From assembly GCA_002633005.1 (NCBI GenBank), contig NMRA01000006.1, positions 604,414-668,413 on the forward strand: 64,000 nt of DNA, written 5' to 3'. Shown piece by piece: positions 48,401 through 61,900 of the stretch. The notes below the pieces were generated by a model, which was not told where the DNA came from, searched no databases, and saw only the letters and a program-made list of their open reading frames with translations. Made by a program: the position numbers and the translations under genes. Origin of the DNA: Phoronis australis. Taxonomy: Eukaryota; Animalia; Phoronida. Positions within the stretch are counted from its first letter, which is position 1. Each line of letters begins with the position of its first letter.

Positions 48401-51264
48401 AATGAATTGTACTTCCGGGTTCGCGGCAAGTTCAAAATGGCGGTGTTTCTTCGGGTGCGAATCGTGAGTGGCGCGTTCATTTAAACTGTTTTCGAGTACG
48501 GATCGTGTATTAGTTATGGGGTAGGTACTTCTTGGATCCTTATAACATCTTCTAACCATGTAATAAGGGTTAACAACGCGTGAGAGAAGGACTTTAAAGT
48601 AATGAAACCGACGTCATAACATTCAGTCATTCTCATTGATTGAAATCTGGGAAATCCCTTTCAGTTTATTGTTACCTAGTATGGCGACCACCTGTGACTT
48701 GAATAGCTGCAATTCGTTAAAACGGACAGTGATCGAAGTAAACAAAATCAAGAAAACCCTGATCCAGTGGCTTAAGCCCAAACAAGTACATGTACAGTGC
48801 ATAGAAGGCAATTGATGGCGATGTGATCGGTAAACTTTCGACCAAGCATGCGCATTGATGCCCACACACGGAATTCTGTATCGTTTATCACTTTTCCACT
48901 GGGCCACCTTTAAGTATAGGTGGCGCTGTGTCAGATGGTAGATCAATATCTGCCTTAAAAAATGAATTATGTCGATTTAAAATTTTTAATAAAATCGTCT
49001 CTTTTTAATCGTAACCATGGAGGCGATCACCAAGAACATGGAAATTACGTTCGAACATTTATTTTACTTATTCCGGTTACTTAGAACAATAAAATTGCAA
49101 AAGTTGCAATGATTTTGTAATGCTGATTTTTGCCGTAGTGTCTCACCTTGGAGTCAGGGTGCTAACATGTTACTGCATAACTGGAATTCATTTTTGGATA
49201 TGAATAACTGTCAAGTTTACGTCAGTGGCACTCGTTACATTAAATTTAACTTGATAAATGCATTTATAGTCATTATTTTGACATTTGTCACTTTATTTTA
49301 ACATCAACACTTAGGATTTATTTTTCATTACTCACCTCTATTTATAGCCTCAAGGGTCTACTTTTGTATTTATACATTTCTCAACGCAACACCTGATTGG
49401 TCACCCATATTTCCTCTGTTCAGTTCAACTTCTCTGGTTCATTTCCTTTTATGTTACTTTTACACCGTGTTATTGTTCGCATTTTGGTTAAACTCTTTTG
49501 TTTTTTAGAATTAAAACAAAAAATTTAAACCTGCCAGGTATGTGAAATACAATGTAATGATTGTTCACGAATCAAATTATTACAATCATTCACCATCAAA
49601 AACTGATTAAGGGATTTTTAATGATACGGCTTTCGTGTAACTCGGTAGAAAAATGGAAGAGTTGCGTAAAGTTTTAGTGACAGTAAATTGTTTACCAATT
49701 AAAACCAACACCGGAACACACGAAACCAAAACGCGCCACGCATGCGCGGCGCAACCTCTCCATAGCGGGATCGAAGTTGGCATTCCAGGGCTAGAGTTCT
49801 ATAACTGAACTCAAGAACACGAGTTCTCGAAAACGGCTCGGTGGATTTTACTGAAACTTTCCAATTTTGATATTGATTTATCAATCTCAATAACTCTATT
49901 GGGATTTTAAATCCTAGTTTTATTGTACTGTGCGATAAAACGAATACAACCGCTTTTTTACAAAAGTGCCTCACGCTTTGCGAATTAATTTGACGTAGAA
50001 ACCAAACTAAATGAGTAATTGAAAATTCCTAACAACCTTTTGAGAGATATCGGCTACTTTTCATTTAAAGAAGGTTTCATTGATTAAAATCGACCATGGT
50101 GCATTTATACTATGAATGTACCTTTGTTAAATGTGAACATTTGACTTAAAAAGGTGCCCACGTTATATTAACAGTGACAAATAAATAGCATGTTTATAAT
50201 CCCCTGAACTGTCTTCGTTCAGAAAGTATGTCCTTTTACTGGTTGGCAAAGCCCAGTTTTTCTGTTAATTGACTGAGCATTAACATTCCTCATTAAGGGC
50301 CTACGTAACATTAAATACCCTTAAAATGCTCTTCCATAGAACGCGTGGGATTTTGGCTGAGCGCCAGAGAATTCAGCTGCGGCTCCAAGGCCGACTGGTT
50401 TGACTCTGTGCTTCTGCTGATTTCTAAAAAATTACTTTTCTCGCCGAGGATGTCCCTTTAAATCATCTTTCAAAATGCCTGGAGGATGCCATGCCGCGGC
50501 CTATGCTCTGGTCTCGCACTTGCTTTTAACATGTTTTACATTTCTGTAATTTATTGAGTACAACGAACGTGCTCAAGCAATAATCAATGGGTCGTTTTTC
50601 CTTTACAGGTCTATGTGTTTCTGCAAGTATCCTGTCGCTGGTTGTGAGTAGCGTGGACAGATATCTCGCTTTCAGACAGAGTGGGTCCAAGACGACAGTG
50701 ATGACTAGCAGACGAGTCTTCTTCCTGGTTTTGTCCACGTGGGTTGTTTCCTTCTTTTTCGTCGCACCGTTACTTTACGTGCGTCAGCTGGCTGTGGAGG
50801 ATCTCCCGCCAAAAAAGATCACTTACTGTATTGAAAGGTGGCCGGGTACCAGTCATAAAGCAGTCTATGGCTCCGCCATTTTCGTCTTTGTGTACATTTT
50901 ACCGTGTATTGCACTGGTCGTGTGCTATTGTTTCGTCGGTCGGATGTTATGGAAGGCCAACACATTCCAGAGGAGACAGGTGCGCACCACGTGCTCGGCG
51001 GTGATCAAAGGACGACAACTTGTGGCGAAAATGTTAATCACTTTGGCAATTCTGTTTATGGTTTCGTGGACACCATATAATGTGTTGTCCCTGGCCATTG
51101 ATACGAGTCAACAACATAATGTGCTTCTGCACGAAATGTTACCTTTTACACTTTGGTTCGCGCATGCCCACAGCGCTGTCAATCCTGTCATGTACTGGTG
51201 TTTGAATAAATCGTTTCGTCACCAGCTAAGAAAACTGTGGAATGACTGTAAATACGTCTGTTAG
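40691..51264 (+). CDS. class A (rhodopsin-like) neuropeptide-type GPCR, orexin/allatotropin/RFamide-receptor-like; two coding exons
   Basis: Exons 40691-41072 and 50609-51264 join in phase 1 (Q G|gtatgt...tttacag|GT). Seven TMs; NYFMANLAFSD, WVFGAMLCK, DRY, YCIERW, FMVSWTPY, HSAVNPVMY, NKSFR helix 8; N-glycosylation site NFS. Confidence 0.93.
42460..42675. mobile_element. Harbinger-type MITE, copy 1
   Basis: GTTGCATGAAA...TTTCATGCAACCGGGC; similar copy at 54325-54545. Confidence 0.65.
45330..45407. repeat. (AT)n microsatellite
   Basis: direct reading. Confidence 0.98.
46700..47030 (-). mobile_element. non-LTR retrotransposon RT fragment (LOA/Lian-like)
   Basis: FIPKPGK...ISVLLKGAERLI...QYAYRPGFSTKTALLHLV...LGAFIDLVGA: LINE RT motifs, truncated and frameshifted, in the GPCR intron. 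Confidence 0.8.
47985..48367. other. assembly gap (N run)
   Basis: run of N; appears to lie in a TIR element (CCCTTCTCTCTGAGCGT ~47480 / ACGCGTGAGAGAAGG ~48590). Confidence 1.
50609..51264 (+). CDS. GPCR coding exon 2 (TM3 to C-terminus)
   Basis: DRY, SWTP, NPVMY; stop TAG 51262-51264. Confidence 0.92.
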
Positions 51265-51769
51265 AAGAAAGTATTTTGTAACTGTTTCTGTGGCAAAAGA
51301 AACCCTTTTCCATTTTTTGCCCATGGTCTGCCGGTGTAAGGCTTCAGTCTGGCCACGAGTGAAACAACATGATGAAGTTGGCAGAAACCAGAGGTGCGTT
51401 CCGTGAAGCATGAGCTTCACGAAAAACCACGTGAACAAAAGGCGAGTGTTTCGCAAGTCTGCTCGGAAGTAAGAAAATGGTGGCCATTGAAGTGATCGGT
51501 CGATGAGGATGGAATGTTGAATTATGGGGTAGATGTCAATGTTTCCACTATCTAGGCGAAGATTTTTCGCCGCAGTTGCACCGACTGTTTTGGTTATAAG
51601 GAACGCAGCCTAGTTCCTTATCAAGAATCTATTAGTCCGGTTTTAATCAAATAATACTACTATGTATGGTATACTTGTTTCAACATTTCCAGTTGTCTCT
51701 TCGGTCTCTATTTCTATTTTACTTTTCAGAGACCCAAATTTAATTCAATAGGTGATTTTTGAAATTCTC

Positions 51770-52190
51770 TGTCCCGCTAGATGGCAGTCAGGCCTTTGGT
51801 GGACAGGGATTCAGCGCCACCTGCAGATCCCATGTAATGGGTTCGGGAGCTTTCAACCTACTGATACAAACAGCGTTTGAACACCTTTTCTGCTACCATA
51901 ATGCCAGCAAATTTCCACTTCTGTGCGATGGGGTGTACTAATGCATGACTCTCGGAAAATGCAAACCTCTTGAAATATCCATGGAGGGACATCACGTTCC
52001 ATCATTTCCTATTGCAACGAAGAATTCGTGGCGGCAAAGTCTCGGCAAGTCGCAGAAACTGCTCTTTCTGATAATGGAAAACACTTATTTTTCGTTCTTG
52101 GAAAAAATTCTTCAGCTCTGAGACTTTAAAAATGCGAAAAGCCACCATACTTTCATTAGAGTTGAAAGTAGCGTGACTAGCAGCCATATT
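51770..52190 (-). mobile_element. possible decayed DNA-transposon ORF N-terminus
   Basis: KVSELKNFFQERKISVFHYQKEQFLRLAE resembles SAP-like N-termini of invertebrate transposon ORFs; the frame breaks afterwards. Confidence 0.3.
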
Positions 52191-54324
52191 GAATTTCTCG
52201 AATCTGAGTCGGGATCAAGCGGAAGTCGCTTTCCTTTATTAGACTAGAGAGCGTCAATATTAAAAAGTCCATTACTGACTTTAGTTGCAAACTGATACGA
52301 AAATAGAAGCACAATTGTAGATGGACAATAATTTGTGTTCTGCACGAGTGACATTGTGATCAATGAGCATGCTATAACAAACAGCGTTCGTCACTTGGAT
52401 TATGACTTACAGTGACCTCAGTTAATGTTGTATAAGCACGTTTCCTATGCTCAGATGACTTAGATACACTTGTTAACCCTTCATTGAGCAATAAACAGCG
52501 AGATGTAAAAGATGTACGAAACTCTAATGGCAATGACAGTCTGGATTCGAGACTATAGCAGAGTAAATTTCTCGCGAGTTTTAACCAGGTCATACAAGAC
52601 CTCGCAAAATCACGCGAGTGCAAGGCGAATGTATAATTGGGCTTTCAGTGTTTTCCGATATTTTTGTGCTGTGTCCCACTTTTCAATGTGGCGTCATATT
52701 GACAACGCGAGCTTCATGTATCTGAGTGGCGCGCGCTCGATCTATGATGTCTATGAGTGAACGATTCGCGAGACTTTATCGCGTGCACTTGCAAATGAAA
52801 TGACTGTTGGACTGGAGTGACGGGTTGGCGAACCTGGAATTCACCGTTACCGTTCCATACTCAAAGATTTCCCACTTTGATTGTCTCGTCTGTGTCTTGC
52901 GTTTACAGCACGCGCCCCCTAATGGCTGGCTCTTATGATGCATGACATGTCTCGTGAGGTGCAAAAAATACCCGACGAGTGCCTTCCGAATGAAGTTTGC
53001 GTAACATTTTAAAAATCAGTGGTTGGACAGAAATACATGTAACCGTTCTTTGCCTGGTTACTGCAGGGATCCCCGGTTAGAGAGTGTATGGTCCTTCGAT
53101 GTGCCATTACAAAAGACATCACCTGGAAGTACATTGTAACCATCGCCATCTCTGTCTAGAAAACGATCTAGGTCATGCACAATTATTGGTGATTCGTAAG
53201 TGTCTTATCTACGAGCAAACACATGCAAATGGCATTGAAATCAGCCATACCCGCATGGGATTGCATTACCTTGAATGTGTTATTCCCGAAGAGCAGTTCA
53301 ATTGTTTCATTATTATTGTGCCTACGGTAGTTTTTGAAAAATGTTGTTTTTAAACGGAAATGACGCAAAACACTTGCGAGTGTAACTAGTGTGGTCTCGT
53401 GCTTTGCTTATAACGTGACTTTGCGAAGTCTCAAAAGACTTGCGTGGTCTCGCTTATCTCGCAAAAGCCTCATGGCGCAATTCAACTCAATCTTGAGTTG
53501 AGCTCCGTAGACCTAAGACTATTTTAAGAGTCTTAAAAGAACAGCTGGTGTGGTCACGTTTTTTCCATTTAATGTATGACGATATATCACGAAGAGTTGC
53601 GTGATCTTGCCTTTTCGGGAGATTCTTGCATCTAAAGAACGTAGCCATATTCTCGAGATATCAAATCCAGTTCATATTCTCGTTCTATTCCTTAAGGACT
53701 ATTTAAATCAGCAATGATGTATATGTATGTCGTCGATTTCCCGTTGTCATTACACATGATTTCCTTGTGCCATTCATGAACGTATTAATATAAACTAGAA
53801 TGTCTGACAAAATACAGGGTGTATCAAATGCGCATCTCTAAGTTCAAACATTATGTCAAAGATAAGAGCCAAATAAACGTTGCCTCAATTTTTCATACCT
53901 ATGGAATGTTTACCTCCTTTTAAAGTATTTACAGTAGATAATAAACAATTACGTGTCTGAGTACTGTTGCTGTGTAAAATGTGGCATTAAAAAGGGAATA
54001 TAGAAGGGACAAGTTAATTAAAACCCGAACGATCCAAGCGGTGCGGGCTTCCCCAAGGGTGTAGGCAAAATGCTGGAGAATTGGGTCCGGATATTGTTTA
54101 TGACAATAACACGGGAAACAAAAGAAAACGCAAGAATTAAAGTGAGAAAACTGAGTTACCCTCCATTTACCGGTTGCAGGAAACAATACCAAGTAGGGAC
54201 TCAACTATATTAGTGTCTTTGTTTACTCACACGTTTGCTATCATTTCACCTTTATTGTAAGTTCCAGTTTGGCTAGCAACACTGTCTGAAACTTATACAT
54301 CATTTCGATGAAAATAAATAGGAA

Positions 54325-54545
54325 CTTAGTCCTCAAGTTAGGGGCGTTGCATGAAAAGATCGGTAATTTTGAGAATTCAATTGAGTTTTCTCACGGCGCG
54401 TACCAAAGTCAAAACTTCATTTAGTAATGAGAAAAAAAACAGCATTAGAAAGAATAATCAGTGTTTTCACAAGTTCACAAATTCGAATAAAATTACATCA
54501 AACATAACTGAGTGCCTGGTTGGGACAGTTTCATGCAACCGGGCC
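54325..54545. mobile_element. Harbinger-type MITE, copy 2
   Basis: GGGGCGTTGCATGAAA...TTTCATGCAACCGGGCC. Confidence 0.65.
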
Positions 54546-54799
54546 GCTGACCTTCACAAATATAAAGAAAAAAATGACCGAAAACTAACGATGGAACCAG
54601 AAAGTAAACGACCATAGGGGCCACCAACCAGAACTAAGAAGGCGTGGAAGCATGAAGAGAAAGGCAGGGGAAAAACGCGTGAAATAAGAATTGAGGTTAA
54701 ATGTCACCTGTGACGAACAGCGCACGTTTGATAGTTCCAATATGAAAAATCCGCTATAACACGTTAATGACCTCCAATTTTCATCGTGCGGCTATCTAT

Positions 54800-55300
54800 A
54801 GAAAGAAGGTCCCGAGCAAAACATGTGTAACATGGCAATATATTTTTAAAACTCACTACAACAAACTTACAATGCATACCTTTGTTGTCTAAATATAAAA
54901 ATTCCGCGCCACAAACCGGGGCGGGGGGAGTGTAGTGAATTGTAGTCAATGAGCTGAATGTCGGCGATGGGAAAATATTGCAGTGTTAGGAGCATGAAGN
55001 AGTGAGTAGGCAGATGGCAGAGGGCACCACTAACATCCAGCATGAAGAGCTCCGATATCGATGACGTCACCGTTTTGACGTTCCGTTTTGAGACAGTTTT
55101 TGTCCAGTATAATACCTCCTTCATGCGGGATTGGGATTTCCCCGGAAATTCCAAATCATTTCCATAATGATATCAGCGTAAATAGTCGAGGAAACTTCAC
55201 AAGAACAGATAAGAGAATTTGAAAATAACGTGAGTATCAATAGGCCTCGTAAGGATCCAAATGTTTTGCAAAACGTCTGAACAGAGACCACTGCATTGTC
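54800..55300 (-). pseudogene. possible decayed GPCR fragment (TM5 to helix 8)
   Basis: Three overlapping minus-strand frames read ..IYADIIMEMIW / FPG..SKRNVK..LFMLDVSGALCHLPTHxFMLL / FLYLDNK..KF..FKNILPC, colinear with TM5-ICL3-TM6-TM7/H8. Confidence 0.35.
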
Positions 55301-55565
55301 ATGGTCTCGGCTTATGGCGCCTGTAGCCTGTAGGCTGTTCAGTGCTCGCCGCAATCCTTTACGTCGAGTTCAGTTAGTCAGGGCTGGTTAGGCAATTACA
55401 TCGCCGTGTACGGTACATGGGTGTAGTACACTCCCATAAAAAGTTACTCAGCTCAAAATATAGTGAATAACATCGAATGAAACATGTATACACATCGAGT
55501 TACAATGTTGTAGACGGCAGCTTCCGGTTGATCATGACATGAGCCTCTGGCCTGACTCTGTCGCC

Positions 55566-55812
55566 GTTCAGCTGAATGGTTAGCATGCTTGCCAGTTTAA
55601 TCGCGGTTGTTGGTTCAATTCTTGGGTCAGGTAATCTTGACAATTACAACAGTTGGTGTCATTGACAAATGGTAGATAGCACCGAAGAAGCAATCATATG
55701 AGACACTGTTGGTCACTGGCTATCTGTCAATTCTGCATTAGCTGAATCTGAATGGTTAGCACTGGTGCTGGTTTTATTTGGGTCGTTGGTTTGATTACTG
55801 GGTCGGTAACAT
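55566..55812 (+). mobile_element. two degenerate tRNA-like SINE heads
   Basis: CTGAATGGTTAGCA...GTTGGTTCAATTC/GTTGGTTTGATTA..GGGTC repeated at ~55570 and ~55750. Confidence 0.4.
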
Positions 55813-57567
55813 ATACCACGACTCTGAAGACAAGTTAGTCCATATAATTTGAACATATCCATGAAAATCTGTCATAGTTCCCTCAAACTTCAATCACTGT
55901 GTGCCATTTTGAGGAAGGCACATGAAATCACGCCTGTTGACGAAAAAAGTCCAAAGTACACAAATGGCACAAATTCCACTGTATTTCTTCCCATGTTACA
56001 TTTTGCAAGTGTCACTTGCAAGATCATGCCCAATCTCACGCTTGTCCTTGCCTAACTCGCGTAACATCAAGTGAAAATTATGGTTATTGCATGTGGTGAA
56101 AAGTTTACAAGCCTCCAAAAAATTGGAGCTGGAATTCTTCACCAAAGTCATCTTATTTTCCAAAGACATGCTTCATCGAAGGATATGTGTAGAACCAAAG
56201 AAGATCACTAAAGAAAGTAAGGGCATTTTTAAGTGACAATTATAAGTGTAAAATATATTTTTGACAAGGTAAAAACTTTTTATTTGGTGACCGGACTTGG
56301 ACTACCGCCCGTTTAAAATACACAGGATGAAATCAGAAAGTGATGAGGAGGACTGCAGCCCCTGTATAGCTAGCCTACTAGTACGTGTTGCTTAGCCACT
56401 CCTCAGCTAGATAGTACCACAGTCTCTACTGACCGCAGTAGAGATGGTAGTCATGATATAGGCCCTCCCTACGTTGGAAGCTTTTTGGTGAGTTATGCCT
56501 CACACTGGTTAAACCACAAATGTGCTGTTGCTATAAGTACCTTTTGCACACAGAGGGACACATCAGGAGACCATTGATGTCTAACTCTTAGCTTGATCAA
56601 ATACAATTAAAACTCTTTTTCAAACAGCTCTTCGTTCAGTTGCCCAAATCAGTAACTGGCTATTTTAACACTGTTTGTGCCAGGGATATGATATCATGCC
56701 TACAGCACATTGTTACATGGACCTTATCTAGTTCACCCAAAGAGCACTTGCCCTGTGGCAAGCAGCAGTGCTAAAAACAGTTGCTACACGTTATTGTAGA
56801 TGTGTGGAGGCCGTTCAGGTGGGCCCATTGCATTGATCACCTGGAACCATTTTTGTCTTGAATTTATTAAATCCAAGCTGAGGTGCTAGAAAGCATGCGG
56901 TGAATAATTTGCGTAGAAGAGAATTTTCACTGCTGGTCCTCCAGCCGTGTTCTGAGCAGCTTTCACCAGGATCAAAAAGATTGCGGTGCTAGTCTGACAC
57001 AGTTGCGATGACCATATTGATCGATGGGAGCGGGACACAATTAAGCAACCATAAACTTAATAAACATCTACCCTTGTATATACTGACAAATTTTCAAAAT
57101 GCATAAACCAATAATTTTCGTTATAAATAAACATTACGGGTATTCAGCTAGAAAACACAACATAGTATGTTTTTCGATATTTAAATATCGATAAACTAAT
57201 AAGATAAAAACTATGACCGTGCATATTGATATTCTCAAAGGATTTACAAAAGCTGATCATAATTAACAATATCGCATGGTTTATTCTTTTAGTATACAAC
57301 TATATCTACAACAAATAAAAACATCACCTGGTGACCAAATTAGATGTCGATAGCTTTTAGATAGCACTTATCTGCCAGTCACGTAGAACTACTTTATTCA
57401 AGGAGTAGGGCGCTAACCAGAAAACTGATATTCAGTAATCAGATAAGGTGGGTCGATGGGCGTGAGCTGACATTTAAGTTTCACTGACGATCAACATCTG
57501 CCACGTTTTGGCGCTTCAGGCTTGAAAATAAAGCAAAAAGATGGCAACCCAGAAGAAAACAAAGTAT

Positions 57568-57646
57568 TGTGGCCTAGTGGGACTCAAACCTGCAGTCATG
57601 AGTAAAGGAAACAGAATATTATCTCACTGAGCCACACTGCCTCCTC
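57568..57646 (-). mobile_element. tRNA-derived SINE head
   Basis: minus strand GAGGAGGCAGTGTGGCTCAGTGAG (A box)...GGTTTGAGTCCCACTAGG (B box); homologous to 63760-63838. Confidence 0.6.
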
Positions 57647-58217
57647 AGTGGTAGATCTACAAACTGGGCCCCACTGCCTCCTCAGCCGTAGGCTTACAAA
57701 CTGGGCCAAAGTGCCTCCTCATCGGTAGCTCTACAAACTGGGCCAAACTGCCTCATCAGGGATAGGCTTACAAACTGGGCCACACTGCCTCTGCAGCTGT
57801 AGGCCTACAAACTGGGCTACATTGCCTCCTCAACAGTAGGCCCACAAACAAACGGTCATAAGTAAAGGAACCAGACAATTATCCCACTGGGCCACACTGC
57901 ATCAGTGGCAGTCTACAAACTGGACAACACTGCCTCCTCAGAGATAGGCTTACAAATTGGGCCACACTGCCTCCTCAGAGGTAAGTCTACAAACTGGGCC
58001 ACACTGCCTCGCCAGGGATAGGCTTACAAACTGGGTCACACTGCCTCCTCTGAGGTAGGTCTACAAACTGGGCCACTCTGTCTCACCAAGGATAGGTTTA
58101 CAAACTGGGCCACACTGCCTCCTCAGAGGTAGGTCTACAAACTGGGCCACACTGCCTCCTCAGAGGTAGGTCTACAAACTGGGGAATACTGCCTCCTCAG
58201 CGGTAGGCTGACAAACA
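57627..58217. repeat. 37-bp minisatellite (~14 copies)
   Basis: unit CTACAAACTGGGCCACACTGCCTCCTCAGAGGTAGGT. Confidence 0.95.
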
Positions 58218-58764
58218 AGCATTAAATCGACTGGAAACTGACATTATACTCACGATGAACACTTTTGAAATTGTCTCTTATCATTTTCAGGGGTGACGCA
58301 CTCCCTCATTCAAACGGCACTGTATTCGTTGACACTCTGATAAGTGGTGGTGTGGAAAAGTCAAATCACTCTGCTGTGTTGCTCAGGCAAGTTGTACAAT
58401 AGAGGCTGGGATATGGTATATATTAACAAAGGAACACCAGTTGCCATGTGCATTATTTCTCTTCTGTTTTTGTTGACCAGTTTTTGCTATTCACACAATG
58501 ACAAAATTCAATTCTCAATGACAGGTTTTATAGTCCACTGTTTCAAAATTGGGTGTGAGTCATTGATGTAGCAGTTATCACTGACACCCATCTCTGTTTC
58601 CTTAACTCCAAACAAAAGAAACTTGTCATCAAATTCCAATGGCTGTGGTTAGTGGCCGTTGTAATTCCAACCAGTCAAGCATTCATAGTCGCTGGGTGAG
58701 AAATGTCATACTGTAGCTCGTAATGAATATATTCAACTTTATTTGCATATTTTAGTGTTGCACA

Positions 58765-58968
58765 ATGTTTGGCAGCAGTACAAGCAGCAGCTTTGGAGGT
58801 TTCGGTGGCGGTACTTCATTTGGTGCCAACCAACCAACGGCTCAGAACCCCATGAAAGATATTGAGGTGACGGTGCCTCCTGAAGACAGTGTTAGTTGCA
58901 TGGAGTTTGGCCCTGTTGTCATGCCCAATGGTTCTTACTTTCTTGTCACTGGTTCATGGGACAACAAT
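58765..58968 (+). CDS. RAE1: RAE1 coding exon 1
   Basis: acceptor ends 58755, acaATG, FG-rich N-terminus; |gtgagt. Confidence 0.95.
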
Positions 58969-61900
58969 GTGAGTTGAGTCATTAATTGCGTTGTTGCATT
59001 CCCTTGCTTTGATGAATTACTTGAAATTAAACCAAATGATTATTGTAGAAATTGTCAAGTTATGGAATTATTGCGCTTACCATTTTGTATATTACTATTA
59101 AGTGAGTTTGCAGTTCCCTTAAAATCTAAAGACAGTTGACATGCCTTTATTAGACACTTTGTGAAACCATAAAATGTGAATATTATACAATATGTCCCCA
59201 ACACCATGCTATATCACAGTACTGACTAGACTCTGCTAAATGATTGACGTTATTTCATTTTTGCTACAAAACTTCTGCTCAAGGCCGTTCAAGTAAAAAA
59301 CGTATGAGAGGGGGAAGGCACATTCATTTTTTACCCACCGCCCACATATATATATTTTTTTTCTTTTATTTCTCCTACTCACCACCCATAAATGCAACCT
59401 CCCATTAATTATTTTTAAATTATGATTGAATTATACATGGTAATGGGCATGTTAGGTTTTATTCTCTTTTGTTATTTTCGGTGTTCGGTGTTGTGTTAGC
59501 CAGCAGACACAACATCATCTCTGTCCCAGGCAAGGGACACATGCTTTCCAGTGAACATTAATTAATGAACAAGAATGTTGGTATGCGCCCTTCGTGTGCA
59601 TTGCAAATGGGAGATACTAGGGGTGCTCATTACTCAAAATTCCTACAAGAGGGAACAACACTGTCTTGTAAACAAATTGCCTCTTAGGGGAGGCATCATG
59701 ATCTGTTAAGTACTTAGATGATCGGTGGACAAGAACTAGCTGTCTTGTCCAATGTTGTTGAAAACTAAAGCGGCCATGAGGGTAGTCGAATCAAAATGAA
59801 AATTGACTCCTGTCAGTGCATCCATCTCGGCCATACATCATTGTGCCAAATTTCATCCAGTTGTGTCAGCAGTTTTTAAGATAATCAACCTGTCTTGTTA
59901 AAAACTAAAATGGCCTACAGGATAACCAAATCTGTCCGAAAATCAACTGGTGACAGCGCATCCTGCCATCTATCTCTGTGGCAAATGTCATCATGATCCG
60001 TTAAGTGGTTTCAAGATAATCGACAAACAAGGAATGACTTGGGCATTTGAAAACTAAAGGGGTGCCACAGCAGTTGAATCCATCCAAAAATGAACTGGTG
60101 TCGGTGCATTCTCGCTAAATACCTTTTATTGAATTTCATCATGATCCGTCGAGCAGTTTTTGAGATAATCGACACTCAAGGAATAGTTTGTTGAAAACTA
60201 AAACTGCCAACCTGGTATACTACAGTAGCCAAATCTGTCTGGTGCTGGCGCATCTCTGCAAAGAACCTCTATACCAAATTTAATCATGGTCTGCCAATCA
60301 GTTCATGAGATAATTGATGGACAAGAAATGATGACAGACAGACCGACTGGCGTACAGACGAACAGGATGTCGACTATATGCGACCACAAAAGTTTTTATG
60401 GTGCAGAAAAATTCCATGTGATATCACAACTCGTGTCAGTTACCAGAAACTTACTTTTGATAGACCTGTGAGCAATAGTTTAGGCATCCACCAGGTGTCT
60501 TTGTCCACCAGCTGTCTGTAATTTCAATAAGATTTTTCATTTTTTTTAATCTACAAATCTCAAAATGTTTCCACGAATGCTTATAGGCTGCTACACCAAG
60601 TGAGTATTGGAACTTATCTATCTAACTTCTTCTTTTTATCAAAAAAATTCATCAGATTTTCTTAAATTTGTTAACACCAGTTTAGTGTTGCAGTAATTTT
60701 CATTCTGCTATGGCTGTACACCATGTGCCTGTAATCAAGTTGCCCATTACTTGAGTAATGGTATAGCGTACACATTGCACACTATACACTACTAACATGG
60801 ATTTGTCTTGTTGTTTTTGGATATTTTGGTTATCTGCCAAGTGATTTTTTCAGAGGGTATTGAGGTTGGTGTTTGGCTGAAAATATGCACCTGTCAACAT
60901 TTATGGGGCAAAAACACCACCCACATGTAATCATTTACCTCTGTTGAAGACCATCCTTAATTTAAATTTCCTTCAGAAGACAACTGCCCATAAATTTTTA
61001 TTTCAACTGCCACCCCCCCCTCTCCCATATAGATTTTGCTGGAACAGCCCTTACGAATTTTTAGCAACTTTACCACTTCATGGTTTCAGATGCCTTTGCA
61101 ACAATTTGTATTCAAGTTGCTATTAAGTTCAATTTCCATCAAAAATAATTTTCGCCCTAGGTCTCATAGCACTGTAAAACTGGTCTCAAATTGTTCAGAA
61201 TAGAACTGTTCTGTGTGGTTGAAAACAACTGACTATTGGAGCCCAAGCTCAATAAGTTTGCTTGTCACAGGGTTTGTGTTCTGTGTGCTGAGCATGTAAT
61301 CAAGCTGTAACCATCTGTCGGCTCTGTCTAACTCCAGAAATATGTTCTCATCTGAGTAAGAAACAAGTCAAGGTCAATTTTGTAATTGTGGTACTTTTCA
61401 ATTGCCTGTAAGAATCAAGTGCCTAGAGTACTGTAATTTACAAGAAATTTCTGTTGTAGTGATGTCTCTAAGTTGGTGAATCTGTCAGTTTTAAACTAGT
61501 GAAAATAGAGGAGTTGCTTTTAAGTCTTACTTCAGGACTTGACCCTCCAAAAATCACAGTGTTGAAATTCTGACAAGATGCATTGTGTACACTCTTTAAT
61601 TTGTTGGGTTTGAGTAGACAGAATCAGGATGTAATCCTTTGAGTATCAGTCTGATCTTAGACACATAACCAATACAGTAAAATGCATAGAGTCAACAGCA
61701 AAAGTATAGTGCAGATCTTCAAAGATACGTTTGTCCATTGTCATGAACAAAACTAAAATGATAAAACCGTGCAAAGAGCACTTTGCACTAGGAATGAATA
61801 GTGCTGTGAGCTACTAATTTAAATGTTAAAAAGATACAGGATAGATCTACATCTGTCAGCAATCACAGAAATTCTAAGGGTAAGTAATTAGTAAGAGTTA

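Noticed and set aside
55566-55812. Functional tRNA genes (also 57568 and 63760)
   Set aside because: Only degenerate A/B boxes with no convincing cloverleaf; treated as SINE heads
57627-58217. CRISPR-like array
   Set aside because: Contiguous tandem units with no unique spacers, eukaryotic context and no cas genes; it is a minisatellite
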